Assembly: GCA_964016885.1 (NCBI GenBank)
Contig: OZ024740.1
Location: 422,406,001 to 422,470,000, forward strand
DNA length: 64,000 nt
From: Eledone cirrhosa
Lineage: Eukaryota
Direction: 5' to 3'
Position 1 is the first letter of the stretch. Each line of letters begins with the position of its first letter. The position numbers were made by a program, and so were the translations under genes. The notes beneath the pieces are model-generated. The model was not told the origin of the DNA. It ran no database searches and worked only from the letters and a program-made list of their open reading frames with translations. Shown here one piece after another: positions 13,244-28,329 of this stretch.

Positions 13244-15760
13244 GCCTACACGGCCACATTACAGCGTGGACTGTCTGGCAGGTTTTCTACAGCTGGATGC
13301 CCTTCCTAACACCAACCACATTTACAGTGTGGGTCTGGGACGTTTTTACCGTGTTGCCTACACGGTCACATTACAGCGTGGACTGTGTATTTTTTTTTCG
13401 TGACACCTACACGATCTCATTTGTTTCGGCCTGGATTTTGTGGCACCAACATAACTTTACATTGAAAGGGGCGGTGTGGATGGGGTGGGGGTGGTGGGAC
13501 GGGGGTGTATTTTGTTAGAGATGCCTACTGACTGTAGTAGGTTTTACTTTGTATTTAGGTAACGCGGGTCTTCTCTGTTACTGAGTACCGCCAAAGGTCT
13601 CGGTTCAGTGACATTGTCTTGGAGAGGTGTAAGTGTGTGAGGTTGGAATTTATCAGCTCGTCCCAGGTTTTTCTGGGTCTGCCTACTCCGTGGCTACCGT
13701 CTATCTTTATTGCCCTACACTTTGTTATACAGCTATCGTCCTTCATGCGCATCACGTGACCATACCAACGTAGCCTTCTCTCTAGTAAACAACATCTGAT
13801 CCCTCTTATTTCTAATTTTTTCCTTAGTTCGTTTATGCTTTGTCGTTCACGTATATTACTATTACACATCCAGCCTAGCATGCAAGCTTCGTTTCTCTCT
13901 AGTCTGCGTATATCCTCTGCACACAATGCCCAGGTCTCACTGCCATGCAACATTGTTGTTCGTATGCAGGCATTGTACAGCCTGCCTTTCATTTTTAGGG
14001 AGAACTCTTTAGCAGCTAATAGTGGTATAAGCTCTCTGAACTTTTTCCATCCAGTTCTGACTCTAGCTACTGTACTTTCGTAGCACCCTCCCCCACTGCT
14101 GATTTTGTCACCCAGGTAACGGAAGCTGTCCACTATTTCTATAGAACCCTCTGCGCAGTTGAAAGAGCTAGTATTTTCTGGGCACTTGCTGCTACTTATT
14201 GCACGAGAGCACCGGCCACATGTAAAATCTGTGTTCTTAGTTAGCTTACCTGTGATCCCACTACATCTTTTATGCACCCATACTTTGCATTTGGGACATA
14301 AAATGGAGTTTCTACCTACGCCTTTCCTACACACTGAGCATGGCCATTTCCTGGAAGGGACTGGCGCCTTATTTTCTTTCCTACAGACTAGAACTTTAGT
14401 CTTAGCCATGTTAATTTTAAGGCCTTTTGATTCTAGGCCGTGCTTCCATGTTTGGAATTTCTTCTCTAGCTCGGCCATTGATTCAGCTATGAGCGTTAGG
14501 TCATCTGCGTATAGGAGTTCCCATGGGCAGCCGGTCTTGAACTCCTCTGTTATAGCCTGAAGAGCAATAATGAATAGTAGTGGGCTAAGAACAGAGCCCT
14601 GATGGACACCAACTTTTACGCTAAACTCTTCACTATATTCGTTGTTAATTCTAACCTTGCTGACTGTTTCTTTATACATGGCTTGTATAGCTCTCACAAG
14701 CCATTCGTTAACACCTAGTTTTCTAAGAGCCCACCAGATAATGGAACGGGGGACTCTGTCGAAGGCTTTCTCCAAGTCGACAAAGGCTAATTATAGGGGT
14801 TTACTTTTAGCTAGGTACTTCTCCTGTAGTTGTCGTACAATGAAAAGAGCGTCTGTGGTACTTTTACCTGACACAAACCTGAACTGCATTTCATCTAGAT
14901 CGATTCTCTCTCTGATTAGTTGCACTATTACTTTTTCCGTGACCTTCATGACCTGGTCGATTAATTTAATGCCTCTATAGTTACTCCTATCTAGGGCGTC
15001 TCCTTTACCCTTGTGACAGTTAATGATGATGCTGCTACGCCAGTCCTTCGGAACAACCCCATTCTGTATGACTTGGTTTACTATCCGGGTGACCATGGTG
15101 TGTCCCACCGTTCCAGAGGCCTTCAGCATCTCAGCAACTATTTCCGAAGGCCCAGCCGCCTTACCCGTCTCATATCCTTGATTGCCTTACTTATTATACT
15201 ACCTTCGACTAACACTGCTGGTCCCTCTATTGGGTCGATGTGGGGGAGACTGTCTTTCTCCCATTTATTCTCCTCATTTAGTAGCCTGTCGTAGTGACAC
15301 TTCCAAGCTACCTTCTTATCGGCGTCGGTGATGGCAAGTACGCCGTCATCGTTAAGTACACACTTCTCCCCAACAATATCACGGTTTTCCTTCACACATT
15401 GCCTAGCAATCCTGAACACCTCACGTTTTTGGTCCTCACGTTGTAGAACATGCTTGAACTTTCTTTCCTCTGCTTCCCTTCTTGCAAAGTACACTTGTCT
15501 CCTAGCTTCCCTCCTGGCCACTTGATAGTCTTCTCTACTTCCCCCATCCCGCCATATTTTCCAAGCCTGCTTTTTGGCCTTAATCGACTCCTCCACCTTA
15601 CTGTTCCACCACCATGTTACTCTCCTCCTGCCTATAGGCCTGCTCTGGCCACAGATTTCGTCTGCCGCCAACAGCAGGTTTGCTTTCAGGAATTCCCACT
15701 GTCCCTCTCTATTGTCCGACTCCAAATGCTCTTCCTTACTGTCGAAAGCGTCAAGTAATA
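13241..15760 (-). mobile_element. RTE LINE subfamily B, 5'-truncated, lacking the terminal tail, disrupted
   Basis: ORFs 15138-15760, 14791-15129 and 13555-14775(-) give linker plus RT (LLYADD) plus PHD-like finger, broken by a frameshift/stop. 3' UTR at 13241-13554. Confidence 0.95.
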
Positions 15761-16563
<803 letters not shown>

Positions 16564-16564
16564 A

Positions 16565-16735
16565 CATCATCATCACCGTCTTTTTACGTCTGCTTTTCCC
16601 TGCTTGCAAAGGTGGGACGGGAACTGATTCTGGCTTGATTTCTACAGCTGGATGCCCTTCCTAACACCAACCTCATTTACAGTGAGTGCTGGGTGCTTTT
16701 TTGCTGTGGCACCTCCATGACCACTTTGCAGTGGA
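16565..16735 (-). mobile_element. RTE 3' UTR/tail fragment
   Basis: (CAT)n followed by ttctacagctggatgcccttcctaacaccaacc, shared with RTE UTRs at ~46925 and ~56520. Confidence 0.85.
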
Positions 16736-16761
16736 ATGATAGGGACCCCAGTCCCTATCAT

Positions 16762-16818
16762 CTCATTTCTACAGCTGAGTAAACTGGAGCAATGTGAAAT
16801 AAAGTGTCTTGCTCAAGG
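16762..16818 (-). mobile_element. SINE body fragment
   Basis: ctcattt...cagctgagtaaactggagcaatgtgaaataaagtgtcttgctcaagg matches ~832-886. Confidence 0.65.
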
Positions 16819-18261
16819 TATGTATGTATATATATATATATATACATACATATATGTATATATATATATACATGTATGTATGTATATATATATACATGTA
16901 TGTATATATATACATGTATGTATATGTATATACATGTATGTATGTATATATATACATGTATGTATATGTATATACATGTATGTATATATATACATGTATG
17001 TATGTATATATATACATGTATGTATGTATGTATATATATACATGTATGTATGTATGTATATATATACATGTATGTATGTATGTATATATATACATGTATG
17101 TATGTATATATATATACATGTATGTATGTATGTATATATATATACATGTATGTATGTATGTATATATATATACATGTATGTATGTATGTATATATATATA
17201 CATGTATGTATGTATGTATATATATATACATGTATGTATGTATGTATATATATATACATGTATGTATGTATGTATATATATATACATGTATGTATGTATG
17301 TATATATATATACATGTATGTATGTATGTATATATATATACATGTATGTATGTATGTATATATATATACATGTATGTATGTATGTATATATATATACATG
17401 TATGTATGTATGTATATATATATACATGTATGTATGTATGTATATATATATACATGTATGTATGTATGTATGTATATATATATACATGTATGTATGTATG
17501 TATATATATATACATGTATGTATGTATATGTATGTATATATATACATGTATGTATGTATGTATGTATGTATATATATATACATGTATGTATGTATGTATA
17601 TATATATACATGTATGTATGTATATGTATGTATATATATACATGTATGTATGTATATGTATGTATATATATACATTTATGTATGTATATGTATGTATATA
17701 TATACATTTATGTATGTATATGTATGTATATATATACATGTATGTATGTATATATATGTATGTATATGTATGTATATATATATACATGTATGTATATGTA
17801 TGTATATGTATGTATATATATATATACATGTATGTATATGTATGTATATGTATGTATATATATATACATGTATGTATATATATATACATGTATGTATATA
17901 TATACATGTATGTATGTATGTGTATGTATGTATGTATGTATATATATGTGTATGTATATATATGTATGTATGTATGTATATATATACATACATGTATGTG
18001 TATATACATGTATGTATATATATATATGTATATATATATATGTATATATATATGTATATATATATGTATATATATATATGTATATATATATATATGTATA
18101 TATATATGTATATATATATGTATATATATATGTATATATATATGTATATGTATATGTATATATATATGTATATGTATATGTATATGTATATATATATGTA
18201 TATATATATGTATATATATATGTATATATATATATATATGTATGTATATATATATGTATAT
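16819..18261. repeat. (TA)/(TATG)/(TACATG) compound microsatellite
   Basis: Direct reading; ~24-28-bp higher-order units such as tatatatatacatgtatgtatgtatg. Confidence 0.97.
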
Positions 18262-20742
18262 AAAAAACGTGACAATCACCTGATTACCTATAGATCCGGG
18301 GAACACACAAGCCAGGTAGATTATATCCTTACCAGAAGACGTGACAGAGTGTCTGTTGTAAACACTAAATCCCTCCCCCATGAAGAATGCACCTCCCAAC
18401 ATAGACTGATAATTAGCGACCTCATAGTCAGGACGAGACGCACCCGACAGCAGAAGAGGACTATCCTCAGGAGGAAAATATGGAAACTAAAAGACCCCAC
18501 AGCCAGAAATAAATTTCAAAGCATATTACTTGATGCTTTCGACAGTAAGGAAGAGCATCTAGAATCGGACAATATAGAGGGACAGTGGAAATTTCTGAAA
18601 GCTAACCTGCTGTTGGCGACAGACGAAGTCTGTGGCTGGAGCAGGCCTGTAGGCAGGAGGAGAGTAACATGGTGGTGGAACAGTAAGGTGGAGGGGTCAA
18701 TTAAGGCCAAAAAGCAGGCTTGGAAAGTATGGCGGGATGGGGGAAGTAGAGTAGACTATCAAGTGGCCAGGAGGGAAGCTAGGAGAGAAGTGTACTTAGC
18801 AAGAAGGGAAGCTGAGGAAAGAAAGTTCAAGCATGTTCTACAACGCGATGACCAAAAACGTGAGGTGTTCAGGATTGCCAGGCAATGCGTCAAGGAAAAC
18901 CGTGATATTGTCGGGGAGAAGTGTGTACTTAACGATGATGGCATACTTGCCATCACCGACACTGATAAGAAGGTAGCTTGGAAGTGTCACTATGAAAGGC
19001 TACTAAATGAGGAGAATAAATGGGAGAAAGACAGTCTCCCCCATATCGACCCGATAGAGGGACCAGCAGTGTTAGTCGAGGGGAGTATAATAAGTAAGGC
19101 AATCAAGGATATGAAGACTGGTAAGGCGGCTGGGCCTTCGGAAATAGTTGCTGAGATGCTGAAGGCATCTGGCACGGTGGGACACACCATGGTCACCCGC
19201 ATAGTTAACCAAGTCGTACAGAATGGGGTTGTTCCGAAGGACTGGCATAGCAGCATCATCGTTAACTGTTATAAGGGTAAAGGAGACGCCCTAGATAGGA
19301 GTAACTATAGAGGCATTAAATTAATCGACCAGGTCATGAAGGTCACGGAAAAAGTAATAGCGCAACTAATCAGAGAGAGAATTGATCTAGATGAAATGCA
19401 GTTCGGGTTTGTGTCAGGCAAAAGCACCACAGACGCTCTTTTCATAGTACGACAACTACAGGAGAAGTACCTAGCTAAAGGTAAACCCCTCTACTTAGCT
19501 TTTGTCGACCTGGAGAAAGCCTTCGACAGAGTCCCCCGCTCCATTATCTGGTGGGCTCTTAGAAAACTAGGCGTTGACGAATGGCTTGTGAGGGCTATAC
19601 AAGCCATGTATAAAGAAACAGTCAGCAAGGTTAGAATTAACAACGAATATAGTGAAGAGTTTAGCGTAAAAGTTGGCGTCCATCAGGGCTCTGTTCTCAG
19701 CCCCCTACTATTTATTATTGCCCTTCAGGCTATAACAGAGGAGTTCAAGACAGGCTGCCCATGGGAACTCCTATACGCAGACGACCTGACACTCATAGCG
19801 GAATCAATGGCCGAGCTAGAGAAGAAATTCCAAACATGGAAGCACGGCCTAGAGTCAAAAGGACTTAAAATTAACCTGGCTAAGACCAAAGTTCTAGTTT
19901 GTAGGAAAGAAAACAAGGCGGCGGTCCCTTCTGGGAAATGGTCGTGCTCGGTATGTAGGAAAGGCGTAGGTAGAAACTCCATCTTATGTCCTAAATGCAA
20001 AGTATGGGTGCATAAAAGATGTAGTGGGATCACAGGTAAGCTAACTAAGAACATAGACTTTACATGTGGCCGGTGTTCTGGTGCAATAGGTAGCAGCAAG
20101 TGCCCACAAAATACTAGCTCTTTCAATTGCGCAGAGGGTTTTATAGAAATAGTGGACAGCTTCCGTTACCTGGGCGATAAAATCAGCAGTGGGGGAGGGT
20201 GCTCTGAAAGTACTGTAGCTAGAGTCAGAACTGGTTGGAAAAAGTTCAGAGAGCTTATACCACTATTAGCTGCTAAAGGGTTCTCCCTAAAAATGAAAGG
20301 CAGGTTGTACGATGCCTGCATACGAACAGCAATGTTGCATGGTAGTGAGACCTGGGCATTGTGTGCAGAGGATATACGCAGACTAGAGAGGAACGAAGCT
20401 TGCATGCTCCGCTGGATGTGTAACAGTAATATACGTGAACGGCAAAGCATAAACGAACTAAGGAAAAAATTAGAGATAAGAGGGATCAGATGTTGTTTAC
20501 TCGAGAGAAGGCTGCGTTGGTATGGACACGTGATGCGCATGAAAGTCGATAGCTGTATTACAAAGTGCAGGGCAATAAAGATAGACGGTAGCCACGGAAT
20601 AGGCAGACCTAGAAAAACATGGGATGAGCTGATAAACTCCGACCTCACACACTTACACCTCTCCAAGACAATGTCACTGGACCGTGACCTTTGGCGGTAC
20701 TCAGTAACAGAGAAGACCCGCCTTGCCAGTAGGCATCTCTAA
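18262..20742 (+). CDS. RTE ORF (C-terminal part of APE endonuclease, RT, PHD-like finger), uninterrupted but lacking its start
   Basis: SQVDYIL/SQHRLI (APE C-terminus), [60 protein letters not shown]. Confidence 0.93.
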   Translation, partial: KKRDNHLITYRSGEHTSQVDYILTRRRDRVSVVNTKSLPHEECTSQHRLIISDLIVRTRRTRQQKRTILRRKIWKLKDPTARNKFQSILLDAFDSKEEHLESDNIEGQWKFLKANLLLATDEVCGWSRPVGRRRVTWWWNSKVEGSIKAKKQAWKVWRDGGSRVDYQVARREARREVYLARREAEERKFKHVLQRDDQKREVFRIARQCVKENRDIVGEKCVLNDDGILAITDTDKKVAWKCHYERLLNEENKWEKDSLPHIDPIEGPAVLVEGSIISKAIKDMKTGKAAGPSEIVAEMLKASGTVGHTMVTRIVNQVVQNGVVPKDWHSSIIVNCYKGKGDALDRSNYRGIKLIDQVMKVTEKVIAQLIRERIDLDEMQFGFVSGKSTTDALFIVRQLQEKYLAKGKPLYLAFVDLEKAFDRVPRSIIWWALRKLGVDEWLVRAIQAMYKETVSKVRINNEYSEEFSVKVGVHQGSVLSPLLFIIALQAITEEFKTGCPWELLYADDLTLIAESMAELEKKFQTWKHGLESKGLKINLAKTKVLVCRKENKAAVPSGKWSCSVCRKGVGRNSILCPKCKVWVHKRCSGITGKLTKNIDFTCGRCSGAIGSSKCPQNTSSFNCAEGFIEIVDSFRYLGDKISSGGGCSESTVARVRTGWKKFRELIPLLAAKGFSLKMKGRLYDACIRTAMLHGSETWALCAEDIRRLERNEACMLRWMCNSNIRERQSINELRKKLEIRGIRCCLLERRLRWYGHVMRMKVDSCITKCRAIKIDGSHGIGRPRKTWDELINSDLTHLHLSKTMSLDRDLWRYSVTEKTRLASRHL

Positions 20743-21093
20743 CAAAATACACCCCTCCCGCCGCCACCCCCACCCCATCCACACCACCCCGTTCTATGTA
20801 AAGTTATGTTGGTGCCGCGCCATCCAGGCCGAAACAAATGAGATCGTGTAGGTGTCACGACAAAAAAACACACAGTCCACGCTGTAATGTGGCCGTGTAG
20901 GCAACACGGTAAAAACCTCCCAGACCCACACTGTAAATGTGGTTGGTGTTAGGAAGGGCATCCAACTGTAGAAAACCTGCCAGACAGTCCTATGCGAGCA
21001 AGACAATCACTCTTGCCTCAAGTGGGACTACCCCCGTCCAAACCCATGCAAGCGTGGAACACGGACGTTAAACGTTGATGATGATGATGATGA
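18262..21093 (+). mobile_element. Young RTE LINE subfamily A, 5'-truncated, with 3' UTR and (GAT)n tail
   Basis: Open ORF to 20742, 3' UTR 20743-21075, then gatgatgat. Near-identical to 43051-46590. Confidence 0.97.
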
Positions 21094-21111
21094 TATATAT
21101 GTATATATATA

Positions 21112-22371
21112 TCATCATCATCAACGTTTAACGTCCGTGTTCCACGCTTGCATGGGTTTGGACGGGGGTTTTCCCACTTGAGGCAAGAGTGATTGTCTTG
21201 CTCGCATAGGACTGTCTGGCACGTTTTCTACAGTTGGATGCCCTTCCTAACACCAACCACATTTACAGTGTGGGTCTGGGAGGTTTTTACCGTGTTGCCT
21301 ACACGGCCACATTACAGCGTGGACTGTGTGTTTTTTGTCGTGACACCTACACGATCTCATTTGTTTCGGCCTGGATGGTGTGGCACCAACATAACTTTAC
21401 ATAGAAGGGGGCGGTGTGGATGGGGTGGGGGTGGTGGGACGGGGGTGTATTTTGTTAGAGATGCCTACTGACTGTAGTAGGTTTTACTTTGTATTTAGGT
21501 AAGGCGGGTCTTCTCTATTACTGAGTACCGCCAAAGGTCTCGGTCCAGTGACATTGTCTTGGTGAGGTGTTTATCAGCTCGTCCCAGGTTCTTCTGGGTC
21601 TGCCTATTCCGTGGCTAACGTCTATCTTTATTGCCCTGCACTTTGTTATACAGCTATCGTCCTTCATGCGCATCACGTGACCATACCAACGTAGCCTTCT
21701 CTCTAGTAAACAACATCTGATCCCTCTTATTTCTAATTTTTTCCTTAGTTCGTTTATGCTTTGTCGTTCACGTATATTACTATTACACATCCAGCCTAGC
21801 ATGCAAGCTTCGTTTCTTTCTAGTCTGCGTATATCCTCTGCACACAATGCCCAGGTCTCACTGCCATGCAACATTGCTGTTCGTATGCAGGCATTGTACA
21901 GCCTGCCTTTCATTTTTAGGGAGAACTCTTTAGCGGCTAATAGTGGTATAAGCTCTCTGAACTTTTTCCACCCAGTTCTGACTCTAGCTACTGTACTTTC
22001 AGAGCACCCTCCCCCACTGCTGATTTTGTCACCCAGGTAACGGAAGCTGTCCACTATTTCTATAGAACCCTCTGCGCAGTTGAAAGAGCTAGTATTTTCT
22101 GGGCACTTGCTGCTACTTATTGCCCCAGAACACCGGCCACATGTAAAATCTGTGTTCTTAGTTAGCTTACCTGTGATCCCACTACATCTTTTATGCACCC
22201 AAACTTTGCATTTGGGACACAAAATGGAATTTCTACCTACGCCTTTCCTACACTCTGCGCATGGCCACTTCCCGGAGGGGACCGCCGCCTTATTTTCTTT
22301 CTTACAAACTAGAACTTTAGTCTTAGCCAGGTTAATTTTAAGGCCTTTTGATTTTAGGCCGTGCTTCCATG
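21112..22371 (-). mobile_element. RTE LINE subfamily B, 5'-truncated, tail-to-tail with the previous copy
   Basis: (CAT)n, reverse-complement UTR and RT C-terminus (ORF 21518-22370); shares the diagnostic ORF-end insertion with the 13241 copy. Confidence 0.95.
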
Positions 22372-22381
22372 TGTATATATG

Positions 22382-22460
<79 letters not shown>

Positions 22461-22479
22461 GTATATATATATATATATG

Positions 22480-22522
<43 letters not shown>

Positions 22523-22634
22523 GTATATATATATATATATGTATATATATATGTATATATATATGTACATATATATATGTACATATATATATATGTATAT
22601 ATATACATACATGTATGTGTATATACATGTATGT

Positions 22635-22668
<34 letters not shown>

Positions 22669-22707
22669 GTATATGTATGTATGTATATGTATGTATGTAT
22701 GTATGTA

Positions 22708-22768
<61 letters not shown>

Positions 22769-22840
22769 GTATATATATATGTATATGTATGTATGTATAT
22801 GTATGTATATATATATATATATGTATGTATATATATATAT
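22372..22840. repeat. (TA)/(TATG) microsatellite
   Basis: Direct reading. Confidence 0.97.
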
Positions 22841-23001
22841 GAAAACAAAAAAACAAATAACGAAACAAAATTAAATTTCGTTTCGCTTCTAACTCACTTT
22901 TGTATGACTGACGCTTAAACAATTAAGTTAAAGTGTACATCTACATATGTATACAGAAGTATTAGTATGCATATATATACACACATGTATACATATGTAC
23001 A

Positions 23002-23426
23002 TGTACTGAGTTTTTCACTAGACACTTTACAGTGAGTGTCAGCTAGTCTGTATGTAACCACACAGACGGACCGGGTTTTAGAGTCATACGAGTTTTCAAG
23101 GAAACACATTTCCTCTATTCTACAGAGAGCCAGACAGGAATATTGGACTAGTTTCGATGTTATTACATCTCATCAGCAATATTTACCCATCTTCCGGCTT
23201 CTCTAGAGAATTGTAAAAGCACATATCGTTATATGCTTTTTCTATGAAAATTAGTAGTGGGTAGACTAATTTGCATAGAACGTGAGTCATAGAGAAATGA
23301 GAAGTGAGAATAGAGGAAATGTGTTTCCTTGAAAACTCGTATGACTCTAAAACCCGGTCCGTCTGTGTGGTTACATACAGACTAGCTGACACTCACTGTA
23401 AAGTGTCTAGTGAAAAACTCAGTACA
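23002..23426. mobile_element. MITE-like/foldback structure with 120-bp perfect inverted arms and 185-bp spacer
   Basis: 23002-23121 (tgtactgagtttttcactagac...tcctctattct) is the reverse complement of 23307-23426. Confidence 0.75.
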
Positions 23427-24086
23427 CTTCCAAGCTACCTTCTTATCAGCGTCAGTGATGGCAAGTACGCCATCATCATTTAGTACACACTTCTCCCCGA
23501 CAATATCACGGTTTTCCTTGACACATTGCCTAGCAATCCTGAACACCTCACGTTTTTGGTCATCGCGTTGTAGAACATGCTTGAACTTTCTTTCCTCTGC
23601 TTCCCTTCTTGCGAAGTACACTTGTCTCCTAGCTTCCCTCCTGGCCACTTGATAGTCTTCTCTGCTTCCCCCATCCCGCCATACTTTCCAAGCCTGCTTT
23701 TTGGCCTTAATTGACCCCTCCACCTTACTGTTCCACCACCATGTTACTCTCCTCCTGCCTACAGGCCTGCTCCAGCCACAGACTTCGTCTGCCGCCGTCA
23801 GCAGGTTTGCTTTCAGGAATTCCCACTGTTCCTCTACCTTGTACGTCTCTAATTGCTCTTCCTCACTGTCGAAAGCATCAAGTAATATGCTTTGGAATTT
23901 ATTTTTAGCTTTGGGGTCCTTTAGCTTCCATATTTTTTTCCTGAGGATAGTCCTCTTCTGTTGTCTAGTACGTCTCGTCCTGACTATTAGGTCGCTAATT
24001 ATCAGTCTATGTTGGGAAGTGCATTCTTCATGGGGGAGGGATTTAGTGTTTACGACAGTCACTTTGTCACGTCTTCTGGTAAGGAT
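23425..24086 (-). mobile_element. Internal RTE fragment (EN-RT linker), both ends missing
   Basis: [28 protein letters not shown]...KKVAWKC in ORF 23382-24890(-). Confidence 0.93.
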
Positions 24087-24117
24087 GTATATATATATAT
24101 ATGTATATATATGTATG

Positions 24118-24202
<85 letters not shown>

Positions 24203-24286
24203 GTATATATATATATGTATATATATATATATGTGTATGTATATATATGTATATATATATATGTATATATATATGTATGTATATGT

Positions 24287-24320
<34 letters not shown>

Positions 24321-24523
24321 ATGTATGTATATGTATATATATATATATATATATGTATGTATATATATGTATATATATATGTATGTATATGTATATATAT
24401 ATATATATGTATATATATGTATATATATATATATATATGTATATATATGTATATATATGTATATATATATATGTATATATATGTATATATATGTATATAT
24501 ATATATGTATATATATATATATG

Positions 24524-24568
<45 letters not shown>

Positions 24569-24701
24569 GTATATATATATATATGTATATATATATATGT
24601 ATATATATATATGTATATATATATATATGTATATATATATATGTATATATATATATATGTATATATATATATGTATATATATATATATGTATATATATAT
24701 G

Positions 24702-24748
<47 letters not shown>

Positions 24749-24963
24749 GTATATATATATATGTATATATATATATATGTATATATATATGTATATATAT
24801 ATATATGTATATATATATATGTATATATATATATGTATATATATATATATGTATATATATATATGTATATATATATATGTATATATACATATGTATATAT
24901 ATATATGTATATATATATATGTATATATATATATATGTATATATATATATGTATATATATATG

Positions 24964-24994
<31 letters not shown>

Positions 24995-25025
24995 GTATAT
25001 ATATATGTATATATATATATATGTG

Positions 25026-25122
<97 letters not shown>

Positions 25123-25412
25123 GTATATATATATATATGTATATATATATATGTATATATATATATGTATATATATATATATGTATATATATATATGTAT
25201 ATATATATATATGTATATATGTATATATATGTATATATATGTATATATATGTATATATATGTATATATGTATATATATGTATATATATGTATATATGTAT
25301 ATACATATATATGTATATATGTATATATATGTATATATGTATATATATGTATATATATGTATATATGTATATATATGTATATATATATATATAATGTATA
25401 TATATATATATG

Positions 25413-25459
<47 letters not shown>

Positions 25460-25468
25460 GTACATATA

Positions 25469-25523
<55 letters not shown>

Positions 25524-25548
25524 GTATATATATGTATATATATGTATA

Positions 25549-25591
<43 letters not shown>

Positions 25592-25596
25592 GTATA

Positions 25597-25639
<43 letters not shown>

Positions 25640-25960
25640 GTATATATATGTATATATATGTATATATATATATATATGTATATATATGTATATATATGTA
25701 TATATATGTATGTATATGTATATATATTTATATATATATATATGTATATATATGTATATTTATATATATGTATATATATGTATATATATGTATATATATA
25801 TATGTATATATATATATTTATATATATGTATATTTATATATATGTATATATATGTATATATATATATGTATATATATATATTTATATATATGTATATTTA
25901 TATATATGTATATATATATATTTATATATATGTATATTTATATGTATATATATGTATATG

Positions 25961-26009
<49 letters not shown>

Positions 26010-26083
26010 GTATATGTATATATATATATATGTATATATATGTATATATGTATATATATGTATATGTATATATATATATATGT

Positions 26084-26117
<34 letters not shown>

Positions 26118-26322
26118 GTATGTATATGTATATATATGTATATGTATATATATGTATATGTATATATATGTATGTATATATATGTATATGTATATATATA
26201 TATGTATATATATGTATGTATGTATGTATATATATATGTATATATAAATATATGTATATATATACATATGTGTATATATAAATATATGTATATATATACA
26301 TATGTATATATATATATGTATG

Positions 26323-26353
<31 letters not shown>

Positions 26354-26440
26354 GTATATATATATATATGTATATATATATATGTATCTATATATATATA
26401 TGTATATATATATATATGTATCTATATATATATATGTATC

Positions 26441-26507
<67 letters not shown>

Positions 26508-27118
26508 GTATGTATATATATATATATGTATATATATATGTATGTATATATATATATATGTATATATATATGTATATATATATGTATATATATGTATGTA
26601 TATATATATATATGTATATATATATGTATATATATATATGTATGTATATATATATATATGTATATATATATGTATGTATATATATATATATGTATATATA
26701 TATATGTATATATATATATGTATATATATATATGTATATATATATATGTATGTATATATATATATGTATATATGTATATGTATGTATATATATATGTATG
26801 TATATATGTATGTATGTATATCTATATGTATGTATGTATATATATATATGTATGTATATATATATATGTATGTATATATATATATGTATGTATATATATA
26901 TATGTATATATATATATGTATGTATATATATATATATATATATGTATGTATATATATATATGTATGTATATATATATATGTATGTATATATATATATGTA
27001 TGTATATATATATATATATGTATATATATATGTATGTATATATATATGTATGTATGTATATATATATGTATGTATGTATATATATATGTATGTATGTATA
27101 TATATATATGTATGTATG

Positions 27119-27149
<31 letters not shown>

Positions 27150-27334
27150 GTATATATATGTATATATATATATATGTATATATATGTATATGTATATGTA
27201 TGTATATATATATATGTATATATATGTATATATATATATATGTATATATATGTATATGTATATGTATGTATATATATATATGTATATATATGTATATATA
27301 TATATATGTATATATATGTATATGTATATGTATG

Positions 27335-27365
<31 letters not shown>

Positions 27366-27447
27366 GTATATATATATGTATATGTATATATATATGTATA
27401 TATATATGTATATGTATATGTATATATATATGTATATATATATGTAT

Positions 27448-27529
<82 letters not shown>

Positions 27530-27646
27530 GTATATATATATGTATATATATATGTATATATATGTATATGTATATATATATGTATATATATATATGTATA
27601 TATATGTATATATATATATATATGTATGTATATATATATATGTATG

Positions 27647-27686
<40 letters not shown>

Positions 27687-27762
27687 TATGTATGTATATA
27701 TATATATGTATGTATATATATATGTATGTATATATATATGTATGTATATATATATATGTATG

Positions 27763-27807
<45 letters not shown>

Positions 27808-27850
27808 ATATATATATGTATATATATATATGTATATATATATATGTATG

Positions 27851-27890
<40 letters not shown>

Positions 27891-27912
27891 TGTATGTATA
27901 TATATATGTATG

Positions 27913-27945
<33 letters not shown>

Positions 27946-28006
27946 GTACATATATATATACATACATATGTATGTATATATATATGTATGTATATATATA
28001 TGTATG

Positions 28007-28037
<31 letters not shown>

Positions 28038-28056
28038 GTGTGTATATATATGTATG

Positions 28057-28107
<51 letters not shown>

Positions 28108-28329
28108 GTGTATATATATATGTATGTATATATATATATGTATGTATATATATATATGTATGTATATATATATATGTATGTGTATATATATATGTATGTA
28201 TATATATATATGTATGTATTTATATATATGTATGTATATATATATATGTATGTATATATATATATGTATGTATATATATATATGTATGTATATATATATA
28301 TGTATGTATATATGTATGTATATATCTAT
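24087..28329. repeat. ~4.2-kb (TA)nTG compound microsatellite
   Basis: Direct reading. Confidence 0.98.

Noticed and set aside
13835-14980. Antisense ORFs over RTE copies, repeated at 19725, 45228 and 47714
   Set aside because: Shadow frames of the RT gene, repeated only because the copies are similar.
16804-18261. Apparent ~490-aa N-terminal extension of the RTE ORF, with similar cases at 41910, 56573 and 61872
   Set aside because: Chance in-frame fusion of microsatellite to a truncated element.
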